Shown here piece by piece: positions 38,601-48,749 of a DNA stretch of 64,000 bases. Source of the DNA: Azolla caroliniana (taxonomy: Eukaryota > Plantae > Polypodiophyta); assembly GCA_043228905.1 (NCBI GenBank), contig JBHGNT010000008.1, forward strand, positions 5,580,001 through 5,644,000, read 5' to 3'. Below the pieces are notes generated by a model. That model was not told the origin of the DNA. It did no database searches and was given only the letters and a program-made list of their open reading frames with translations. Each line of letters starts with the position of its first letter. Position 1 is the first letter of the stretch. The translations under genes and the position numbers were made by a program.

Positions 38601-41600
38601 AGATCGACATCAAAAGCGGTGTTGGTGTTGGCTTCACGTTCTCCATATTGAAGCACGTCAACACCTTTCGGATGTAGTTGGACTGAGAGAGCCGGAAAGT
38701 CTTTGTCATCCGATTTCGTTCAATTCTCATGCCCAATATATCTCCCGGCTTGTTTGAGTTCCTTCATCGCAAACTTGTCGTGAAAGCTCTATTTTAGCTT
38801 TCCGATTTTGGTTTGATTACTTCCTACAATCAACATGTCGTTGACATATAGGATTAGATAGATCCGAAACTCATCGGCCAATTGCCGAGTATATAGACAT
38901 GGGTCGGAGTTGGACCGGTTGTAGCCTAGCTATCAGATGCAGGAGTCAAACTTCTGGTATCACATCCTCGACGCTTGCTTTAAGCCATAGAGGCTTTTCT
39001 TCAATCGAAATACGAGATGAACTTCCTCCCTTGCCTCCGTGAAGCTTGCCGGTTGAGACATGTAGATGTCTTCTTCTAGATCTCCATGGAGGAAAGCCGT
39101 CTTGACGTCTAGCTGCTCAAGCTCTAGGTCCTTTGTCGCCACGACCCCTAGTAGGAGCCGAAGGGTGGTCATCGTCACTAATGGTGAGGATATCTCGTCG
39201 TAGTCAACCCCGTGTTCTTGTTTGAATCCCTTTGCAACAAGTCAAGCTTTGTATTTGGATTTCTCAGAGTTTGATACATATTTGTACTTGAAGACCCATT
39301 TGTAGGGTAGTGGCTTCCTTCCTACTCGTAGTTCGAACAACTCCCATGTTTGATTCTGTCGAATCGACTCCGTCTCAGATTGCATGGTTTGTAACCATGT
39401 ATCGGCATCCGGTGCGGCTATAGCTCCTTCATATGTGCTTGGTTCGGTTGCATCTGTGTAGTTGACGTAGTCGACGCTCGGTTGATAGAATGTTGATGGC
39501 CTTTGAACTCGTCCGGATCTCTTGGGTGCTGAAATGATCGGTTCGGATCCTTTGATTGGCTATGTCGGTCGATCGGTATTTGTTGAACCACTGATGTCAG
39601 GAGTCTTGTTGGGTGACTCGCCCCTGTAGAGGGATTTTGGCGGTGTTGTGTCATCCTCCCCTTCTTGGGGATTGATTGACATGGCAACTTTTGCCTTGGA
39701 CATATTGTCTTTGTCAGTTCTTCTCAATCGTGTAGTCAAACCATTTTCGACTAGTGGACCTCTTGCCGATTCGGGGTCAGTAGGAGTGGTGTTGACTCGG
39801 TCGATTTCGACTATTTGTCGCATTGCCGATTCGGCCCGGTGGGTCGGTCTTGCTACGTCGTCTCTATCGATTCAGCCCACTGTTGTCAACTAGTTCCGTT
39901 CAGAGAGAATAGAGTCTTCGTTGAAGACTACATCACTGCTCCGGAACAACTTCCGGTTCCCTGGTTCCCATAGCTTGTAGCATTAGCCTAATGCCCCATC
40001 TGTTCCATAACCGAGAAATATGCATGGGGTGCCAACTTGGTCCTCTTCTCCCTGGGGATGAATGCATAGGATTCACATCCGAATATACAAAGTTTGTCAT
40101 AGGTTGGTTGTTTGCTTGACCATAGTGCCTGTGGTACTTCGAGCTTGATTGCTTTCAACAACGATAGATTTATCAGGTAAACTGCCGTCTGCAATGCTTC
40201 AGCCCAAAACTCTAGCTTCAGTCCGGCTTGCTGGAGCATTGCCGTCACCCTCTCCTGGATTGTTCAGTTGATCGGTTCTGCCACTCCAGTTTGCCGGATC
40301 CCTTTGTTAGACAGGTATTGTTTGAAGGCTTGGGAGGTGTTTTCTCCTCTATTGCTAGATCATAGTGTCTTCACTCTGTATCCTGTTCGGACTGAGTGAA
40401 GACGTCAAGCGCTTCATCTTTTGACTTAATCGAGTAGGCCCAGACCTTCCATGTATAGTCATCGACAAATGTGATGAAGTACCGGGATCCTCCTAGTGAT
40501 CGCTCAGGCATAGGCCCACATATATCTGTGTGCACGAGCTCTAGGGGTTTTCGTATCGTCTCATAGTGGAGAGAATGCGAACTTTGGGTCTATTTCCTGT
40601 ATCGACAATGCTCACAGAAGTCCGTCTTATTCTAGAGTTTTGGGATGTAGCCGACCGCCATCAACCAATCAAGTCTAGCTTGAGACATATGGCCAAGTCA
40701 GCCATGCCATAGGTTCTTGTTGGTCTTTTCGGTTACATTCACAACCCCTTCGAGATTGATTGCCATCATTGGGTACAAGTTGTTGTACTTGTGCCCGCTT
40801 CCAATTCTTAGGTTTTCGTGGCTGATTATCCATGCCGCCTCATTGAGAGTTGTTCGGTACCCATCTTCGGCTAACATGATGATGGAGACCAAACTCTTCT
40901 TCAAATCGTGTACGTCCCAACCTTGGTGTAGGGTGATCATGTTGCCATTCGGTAGTTAGATGGGGACCTCTCCGATCCCTATATTATGCAGTCTTGCCCG
41001 TTGCTGAGTCGTATTGTGTCACTGGCTTCGGTCGAATAGTTCGAAAACCCTTTGATGTTCAGGGTCACGTGGAATGTGGCACCGGAATCCAGCAACCACG
41101 TATGTGCATCTTGCACAGTGTAGAGGACTTCTCCAATCATTGAGTCATCTAAGGAGAGGATTTCTCCCGATCGGGTGTCGGTAACATTGATTTGGTTGCC
41201 GACTAGGGAGTGGGTCGAGTCGGATCGTCCTCAATTCCACTTAGATCGCCGACCACTCTCTTTTCTCTTGATCGACCAATAATCGGAAACATTATGACCG
41301 ACTTTTCTTCAATGGGTGCAGAAATCACCCGGTCGGCTATTTCTCGACTTCAATCGCTGTCAGTCTCCCCTCGTTCTTGACCGATTGATATTGCGACCGG
41401 TTTTGTCGGCTTGTTCCTGCGATTGACTGGTTCGGTCAGTCGACTCAGTTGAGTGATGGGTTTTTGCCGACTCGTCGATGGTGAGTCCCATCAATTTTCG
41501 CTGAATGTCCTTTGTGAGGACTTGGCCGACTATTTCCTGTAGGTTTAGATTTGGTCGGCTATTGGCAAATGTCGTGCAGAATACCTCCCAACTCACCGGC

Positions 41601-42441
41601 AACCTCGATTGGAGGGCAATGGCTTTCACTTCTTCTTCAAAGTTAATCCCTTGGGAGGAGAGTTCAGAAAACACCCAACTGAAGGTGTTGATGTGGGAGG
41701 TGGTTGGATCGGTTTCTCTCATCTTCATGTTGAACAATTGTCTGATCAGTATCAATTTCGAAGATGAGGACTTCTTTTCCTACACAGCCTGCAACTTCTC
41801 CCATAACGAGAAGGCTATTGTCTCCTTGTCCATGCTGAAGTAGAAATTTTTGGCCAGATGCATTCAAATGGTGGAGCGCAAGATTTCGTCTATGGATCTC
41901 CAGTCTTCGGCTGTCATCGAAGCAGGTTTTTCACTGACATGTCGAATGGATTTGACTTGTCTTCTGATGATCAACACATCTTGCATCATCTCTTTCTACA
42001 AGGCAAAGTTTTTGCCATCGAACTTTCAGATTTCAATTATTGTATCAGATGTTGAAGCCATGTTCCTTTTGAGAGAGAGATTTTACTGACCTGGTCTTTT
42101 CTTTTAGCCGGATAGCTTCTCCTCTTAGCTTTTCTGCTATTCATCGTTGCTGAACCACAAGTCGCTTTGATACCAATTGTAGAACAAATATGCATGGAAG
42201 AACGTGTGAGGACTTGTTAATTTGTGAACAACAAACAACATAGATATGCATCACACGAAGAAACGGTAGATCAATAGAGATTGGAGATTCAATGGAAGTT
42301 CTTGTTATTTTGTAACTCTCTCTCTCTACAAGACTCAATATACAGAGGTTTAGAGCTTATATACTAAGCCCTAACTATTTGGACGTGTTCACACTTGTGC
42401 ATACAAAGTGGAAGGAGTCGGCCTTTTATGCCAACATGGTT

Positions 42442-42646
42442 GGTGCACTCACTTTGCCCGTTAATTTCTAGATGGTAGCTAGAAGAGAGGTTGCAAGAAG
42501 TATGTAAGAGTTTGAACATGTGCCTCCAAAATTTTGAGATCAACTAGGGACCCTAATCACTAATAATTTCATCTGGAAGACTATGGTGCCGAAATACCTC
42601 TAACATGAGTAAATCAATTGTCTCTTTGCTAGTAATGGCCTTCTTA
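42442..42646 (-). mobile_element. Continuation of the old chromovirus integrase
   Basis: Joins 26099 across the tggtt TSD; colinear with 44520-44750 of the young element. Confidence 0.8.
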
Positions 42647-43402
42647 TGACGGGAACTACAACGCTCCTTATGCGCAACGCTCGGCCACAACCGAACTTAG
42701 AATCATACACAGAAAACAGTGAAAGAATGCACGACACGAAGAAGAGAAGAGTACACAGGATGTTTACGTGGAAAACCCAAACTAAGGGAAAAACCACGGC
42801 AGCCCACAGGCTGCAAACTATCACTATGTTAGAATGTACAACAGTGAGTTCACGGAGGCAACGACCTCGTGCTCACGATCTTCGCCACAGGCGGCAGTTA
42901 CAATTGAGGCAACGACCTCTTCCTCTCTCTCACTCTCTCTGTACACAGTTACACGCTCTGATCTCGCGCAGACAAGAATAACAACAACAACCTCAAAAGG
43001 TTTGCCCTAAGTCATATTTATACTAATATGACTTTTCGGCTATTTACAAATACAGCCATGATGGACTCTCAGAAACATATTTACGAATATGTCTCTTCAT
43101 TCGGAGAGCACTTCTCACCGGGTCTGCACCATCCGGCTCTCCGTAGCCGGGTACTCCTCATCCGGTTCTCACCGGGTCTGCACCATCCGGCTCTCCAAAG
43201 CTGGGTACTCCTCATCCGGTTCTCACCGGGTCTGCACCATCCGGCTCTCCGTAGCCAGGTACTCCTCATTGTCAGGAACTCTATTAAGGCAGAGAAGGAA
43301 TTAGTACTAAAAGAAGGATTAGTACTATTGTTGGGGAATAGTACTAAGACAGAGAAGGATTAGTACTATGAGAGGTGTCGAACTTTGAGAGAAGGAATGA
43401 GT

Positions 43403-43452
<50 letters not shown>

Positions 43453-43734
43453 TGATGCGAAAGATATATGTATTATATGACGGAAGATATACAACAGTAG
43501 TTAGAAGGCTTAAGACTGGCGTTGAACCGATTTGGTTCGAACTAATGCCTTGCGCCTCCTTTTATAGTGTCTTCAGGAATACTCCTGAAGTTTCTAGAAT
43601 GTTCCAGAGAAATCTGGAATATACATCAATTTCCTAATAAAACCTAAATGAAAATAATATCCTTCAAATTACAACTCATAACCTAATGGTAAAGTCTCGA
43701 CCCGTGTAACAAAAGGTTATGGGTTCGAGTCTAG

Positions 43735-46700
43735 TTATGACACTATCCCCCCTTTAAAACGACGAGTTTCACGAGTCGTTTTGGATTGAGGACCCGGTTT
43801 CTCGGGATATCGTCGATGGAAGTCTTCTAGAAGAGCACGAGCATTGGTCACATTCTCGATCGGTTCCCAAGTACGCTCGCTGGGACTATATCCTAGCCAA
43901 TCGACTAGATAGTAGAGCTTGTTGCGAACAATCTTGGAATCGAGGATGGCAGCGACCTCATACTCAGGTCCATCTTCGAGCTCGATAGGAGGTGGAGGTT
44001 GTATAGTACGTCCTGGGATAGTGCTCTCGTGATAGGGTTCGAGGAGAGAACTATGAAACACCGGGTGTATCCGAAGTTGCGGAGGTAGCTCGAGACGAAA
44101 AGCGACATCATTAATCTTCCCGATAATACGGAAAGGACCTAATCGTCGATAATCCAACTTCTCACATGGGCGAGTAGTCTTGATGTGTCGTCGTAGCAGC
44201 CACACCCGATCTCCAATGTTAAAACTGGATGGAAGTCGATGACGATCTGCGTAGTCCTTGTGTGATTGTTGAGCTTGCTGGAGTTGAGTAGATAAATCCG
44301 CTTGTATCTTGCGTAACCGCTCCAAACGATCCTCCGCGCAAGGATTTGTGGACACTTCTGGGGTTTCAAGGACACACCACCGGGGATGATATCCCGTATA
44401 AGCGTAGAATGGCGTGACTTTAGTCGATGCGTGGATAGCGTTATTATAGGCAAATTCGGCGAACGGAAGAATATCTGCCCAGTCATTCTGATGATAGTTG
44501 AGAAAGCACCGCAGATACTGCTCCAGTGTTTGATTTGTTCGTTCGGCTTGACCGTCGGTTTGTGGGTGGTAGCCGGAGGAGAGGTTACAAGTGACCTTCA
44601 GCATTTTAAAAAGGTGCTTCCAGAATTTTGACACAAACTGGGGTCCACGATCGCTGATGATATTATCAGGGAGTCCATGATGCCGACATACTTCCCGCAT
44701 GACAATTTCGGCGGTGTCTTCACTAGATATTTCTTTAGTACATGGTAAGAAATGAGCCATCTTCGTATATCGATCCACCACTGTGAGAATCGCACTGAAT
44801 CCCTTAGAGACTGGAAGATCTGTAATGAAGTCAAGAGCAATGGATTGCCATGGCTTGCTTGGAATTGGTAATGGTTCTAATAAACCATATGGATGATGTC
44901 TTGGCATTTTCGCTCTGCAGCATGTATCGCAAGTCCGAACAAAATCTTCGACAAATTGTCGCATACGGGGCCACCAGAATGATCGTTGTACTAAATCTAA
45001 TGTTTTAGTACTACCAAAATGTCCTGCTGTATATGTGTCATGGCAGTTTTGTACTACTCGAAGGCGGCAAGAACCATTAGGAACATACAAAAGTTCTTTA
45101 AAGAAGAGTAATCCATCACAGTATTTGAATTGCCGATAATCCGTACCTGGTGATTGTGATTGTGAACATGACGCTCGAGAGGGGTCAATTTGTGCTAGTA
45201 TAGCTTGGGCGAAAGCGTCAGTCTTCAAGTCCTCACGTATAGTATTGGTAATGTCGGAATCCACGGGCATGTCAAAGATCTGTGCTGCTTGCAGTCGTGC
45301 TGGACCCAAGATTACTTGCTTCTGGTTATCGAAAGCTGGCTCACCGGGACGTGGTGTTAGATACGAACGCCGTGATAATGCATCTGCTTTCCCTTGGTGC
45401 TTCCCCGGACGATATGTAATTTTGAAGTCGAAGCGTGTGAGGAAATGGGCCCACCGAGCTTGACGTCGATTCAGTACACGAGCATCTTGAAAGTAGGCAA
45501 GGTTCTTGTGGTCACTGAATACAGTGACCTGATGAGGAGATCCCTCCAAGAAATGCCTCCATTGCATAAAAGAATCAACTATTGCTAATAGCTCTTTATC
45601 ATGAATTTCGTAGTTGATTTCGGCGGCGTCAAACTTACGGGAGTGGAAAGCCACAGGATGTAGCTTCTCGTCGTTACCCTGTTGTGACAGAATGCTCCCC
45701 AATGCGAAATCCGATGCATCAGCTTCGATAATGAATGGTTTTTCCGGATCCACATGACCTAAAATTGGAGCTGATGTAAACACCTTCTTAAGACTCTCGA
45801 AAGCCATGTCCGTCTCTTTAGACCAAATGAATGATTGTCCCTTCCTGGTGAGCTGTGTGAGAGGCAGCACAATTTTTGAGTAATTTTGTATGAACTTCCG
45901 GTAGAAATTTGCAAAGCCTAGGAAGCATTGCACATCCCGCACCGAACGCGGAGTGTGCCATTCTATCACCGTTTTGACCTTGGCTGGGTCCATAGATATG
46001 CCTTCTGAGGAGATGACATAGCCGAGAAACTCCACTTGGTTGCACCCGAAACTACATTTCTCTAACTTTGCATACAGACCATGTTCTCGAAGTCGTTTTA
46101 GTACTAATAGTACATGAGAATCATGTTCTTCTTGGGTCTTTGAATAAACCAGTAGATCATCCAAATAGATGATCAAAAAATCATCCAAGAGGTCTCGAAA
46201 TATATCATTCGCCATGTGCTGGAAGACTGCCGGCGCATTAGTGAGTCCGAACGGCATGACCGTATACTCGAAGTGCCCATATCTGGTGCGAAACGCGGTC
46301 TTCCATTCATCTCCTGGTCGGATCCGTACGAGGTTATAGGCTCCTCGTAAGTCGATCTTCGTGAAGAACCTGGCACCGTTGATCCGTTCTAAAAGACTTG
46401 AGATAAGGGGAAGAGCATACCTATTTCTTACTGTGACCTTATTCAAGCCACGGTAATCTACAACGAGTCGAAGCGAGCCATCTTTTTTCTTGACGAAGAA
46501 AATGGGTGCGCCGGCTGGAGATTTCGAATGCCGAATGAAACCGTTCTCCAAATTCTCCTCTATATAGGCTCGAAGGACTTCTAGCTCGGTTGGTGACAAA
46601 TTGTAGATCGGCCCCCATGGCGGCTCTTTTCCCGGTTGTAAGTCGATGGCGCAGTCGTACGGCCGATGATGAGGAAGTGTGTTGGCTTGTACTTTATCGA

Positions 46701-47331
46701 ACACATCAGCATACTGACGATACTTCTCGGGAAGTTGAACGGTGGACTCCTCTTTGGTGATGCTGGAGGGTTGTACTGATATTGCAAAGAGAAACATTTC
46801 CTCCTTGCGCCCTTCCTCACGCAACTGACGTAGCGAAATGGTTGCAACCTTCTGGGTAGATCCTTGGGTTTGTCGCAACCGGATTTCCCTTGTCCTCCAA
46901 TCTATGTCTGGGTCATGTAACTCGAACCATGGTAATCCTAAAACTATGGGATGTTCTGGAATACTAATAATATTAAATGATACTACACATGTTAAGTTAT
47001 CCAGGACAATATTAACGGGTTCCGACTCTTCTATGATATTACCAGAAGCAATGGGACGACCATCAATGACTACTACTGAGGCTGGACATGGGAGCTTTCT
47101 GAGAGATATCTGATGAGCTCGGGCAAAATTCCTATCCATGAAGCAAGAATTAGCTCCGGAATCTAGAAGGGCTAAGGTATGTACTGGAGGGGTACTTTTA
47201 GTACTAACTGCTACTTGGACTACGAACACATCACTAACTTGCTTAGAGGGAATGGAACCACTAATGGGCTGCACAGATCTAGGGCTGTCCAACCAAACGG
47301 CTCCTATTTTGGCTGGACTTAGTCGTTTAAC
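43735..47331 (-). CDS. pol: Chromovirus Pol (PR-RT-RH-IN-chromodomain), -1 frame relative to gag
   Basis: LLDSGA, YLDD, EADASD, HHCC/DDE integrase, YEVAAILDS...WEP chromodomain; no AUG before PR; stop lies inside the 3' LTR. Confidence 0.93.
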   Translation of the reverse strand, partial: VKRLSPAKIGAVWLDSPRSVQPISGSIPSKQVSDVFVVQVAVSTKSTPPVHTLALLDSGANSCFMDRNFARAHQISLRKLPCPASVVVIDGRPIASGNIIEESEPVNIVLDNLTCVVSFNIISIPEHPIVLGLPWFELHDPDIDWRTREIRLRQTQGSTQKVATISLRQLREEGRKEEMFLFAISVQPSSITKEESTVQLPEKYRQYADVFDKVQANTLPHHRPYDCAIDLQPGKEPPWGPIYNLSPTELEVLRAYIEENLENGFIRHSKSPAGAPIFFVKKKDGSLRLVVDYRGLNKVTVRNRYALPLISSLLERINGARFFTKIDLRGAYNLVRIRPGDEWKTAFRTRYGHFEYTVMPFGLTNAPAVFQHMANDIFRDLLDDFLIIYLDDLLVYSKTQEEHDSHVLLVLKRLREHGLYAKLEKCSFGCNQVEFLGYVISSEGISMDPAKVKTVIEWHTPRSVRDVQCFLGFANFYRKFIQNYSKIVLPLTQLTRKGQSFIWSKETDMAFESLKKVFTSAPILGHVDPEKPFIIEADASDFALGSILSQQGNDEKLHPVAFHSRKFDAAEINYEIHDKELLAIVDSFMQWRHFLEGSPHQVTVFSDHKNLAYFQDARVLNRRQARWAHFLTRFDFKITYRPGKHQGKADALSRRSYLTPRPGEPAFDNQKQVILGPARLQAAQIFDMPVDSDITNTIREDLKTDAFAQAILAQIDPSRASCSQSQSPGTDYRQFKYCDGLLFFKELLYVPNGSCRLRVVQNCHDTYTAGHFGSTKTLDLVQRSFWWPRMRQFVEDFVRTCDTCCRAKMPRHHPYGLLEPLPIPSKPWQSIALDFITDLPVSKGFSAILTVVDRYTKMAHFLPCTKEISSEDTAEIVMREVCRHHGLPDNIISDRGPQFVSKFWKHLFKMLKVTCNLSSGYHPQTDGQAERTNQTLEQYLRCFLNYHQNDWADILPFAEFAYNNAIHASTKVTPFYAYTGYHPRWCVLETPEVSTNPCAEDRLERLRKIQADLSTQLQQAQQSHKDYADRHRLPSSFNIGDRVWLLRRHIKTTRPCEKLDYRRLGPFRIIGKINDVAFRLELPPQLRIHPVFHSSLLEPYHESTIPGRTIQPPPPIELEDGPEYEVAAILDSKIVRNKLYYLVDWLGYSPSERTWEPIENVTNARALLEDFHRRYPEKPGPQSKTTRETRRFKGGIVS

Positions 47332-48488
47332 TCTTCTTCTAATTGGCTAAGGACATCAAATTTGTTTGCGAGATTCGGACTATTAGTACTATTAGGACTA
47401 TTATGACTATGAGGATTATCAGAGATTCCTAGTGACATAGACTCGGGTTTAGTATAGTCAGAACTAACAATGACTTGGTTTACCTGCCTTCTTGGTCTAT
47501 GGGGACAGTTTATCGCGATATGCCCTGGTCCACCGCAATAAAGGCATAATCGGTTTGTTCGGCGTCGTTGCTTTTCCTCCTCCGATAGCGGCCCACGACG
47601 ACGTGTAGTGTCAATTTCCATTGGAGTTGGAGTACTTACTGGAGGCGCATTATGTGACTCCCTTTGAAAAGGTTTCGCTACCATTGAGGCATAGGTAGGC
47701 TCGGATCTTGCCCTCGGCATCTGAAATTGTCGTTCCGAACGTCGCTCGAAGAGGCGGTTGTCACATCTGACCGCTCGACTGATTGCTTCTGTTAATGATT
47801 TTGGCTCTTCAGGGAAAGTCAAGAGTAAATCCTTGACATCGTTGCGTAGACCATAGCGGAACTGCTCCATCAATGCTTGATCATCCCAGGGGATATCGGC
47901 GGCGAGTAGGCGGAAATCTGCAGCATATGCGGAGGCTGGACGGTCACCTTGGCGTAATCGCCGGATTTTGTTGATTGCAGTCCTTATGCTGTCAGTATCT
48001 CCAAAACATGCTTTAAACTCACTTATGAATTCTTCAAAATTATTTAGTACTGGAGATTCCTTTTCTAGTAGCGGAGCGAACCATGCTAATGCTGAGCCAT
48101 TTAACAACGTGCCTACTAAACCCACTCGTGATGCATCGGTGGGATATCGGGACGGATGCATTTGAATAACTAACCGTACCTGGTTAAGAAACCCTCTAAA
48201 CTGCGATCGCGTTCCATCGAACTTCGTGGGAAGGCCAATCTTGGGTTCTTTATGAATCCCTTGTGCTCCGTGCCCTTGTTGTTGCATTGCTACGATGGTT
48301 GCTTCGAGTTGTTGCACGCGTAACGCAAGTTCCCCATGCTGTTGTTGCGTTTGCTGCTTTTCTAAGGAAATTTGCTGAAGATCCCCCAACAAGCGTTGAT
48401 TTTCTTGTTCCAAAGCATGAAACTTCTCTTTCAAGCATTGAAATTCCGAGAAAACGGATTGATACTCTTCAGCGCTAACGGTGGCCAT
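47319..48488 (-). CDS. gag: Chromovirus Gag (PEG10/Rtl1-like capsid, CCHC knuckle)
   Basis: 389-aa ORF; KFDGTRSQFRGFLNQ, LRQG, QFRYGL, PTPMEID, CLYCGGPGHIAINC. Confidence 0.93.
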   Translation of the reverse strand: MATVSAEEYQSVFSEFQCLKEKFHALEQENQRLLGDLQQISLEKQQTQQQHGELALRVQQLEATIVAMQQQGHGAQGIHKEPKIGLPTKFDGTRSQFRGFLNQVRLVIQMHPSRYPTDASRVGLVGTLLNGSALAWFAPLLEKESPVLNNFEEFISEFKACFGDTDSIRTAINKIRRLRQGDRPASAYAADFRLLAADIPWDDQALMEQFRYGLRNDVKDLLLTFPEEPKSLTEAISRAVRCDNRLFERRSERQFQMPRARSEPTYASMVAKPFQRESHNAPPVSTPTPMEIDTTRRRGPLSEEEKQRRRTNRLCLYCGGPGHIAINCPHRPRRQVNQVIVSSDYTKPESMSLGISDNPHSHNSPNSTNSPNLANKFDVLSQLEEELND

Positions 48489-48709
48489 GGGATGAAGGAA
48501 AAGGGAAATAAGAGACTAGTAGGAAAGGAGAGAGACAGAAGGAAGAGGGAGACTAGTAGGAAAAATCGGTTCAAACTGTCAGGAACTCTATTAAGGCAGA
48601 GAAGGAATTAGTACTAAAAGAAGGATTAGTACTATTGTTGGGGAATAGTACTAAGACAGAGAAGGATTAGTACTATGAGAGGTGTCGAACTTTGAGAGAA
48701 GGAATGAGT

Positions 48710-48749
<40 letters not shown>

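Larger units (their letters stand above)
26105..42436 (-). mobile_element. Copia element C (degenerate, full-length), inserted into the old chromovirus integrase
   Basis: TSD tggtt at 26100-26104 and 42437-42441; 5' LTR 42178-42436; PBS (tRNA-iMet) 42164-42175; 3' LTR split 26105-26329 + 37602-37633; gag-PR-IN-RT-RH remnants 37890-42061 with many stops. Confidence 0.9.

Noticed and set aside
43112-43269. CRISPR-like regular repeats (also 20-520 and 60700-60910)
   Set aside because: Head-to-tail tandem units without unique spacers, inside LTRs or a minisatellite; eukaryotic context and no cas genes.
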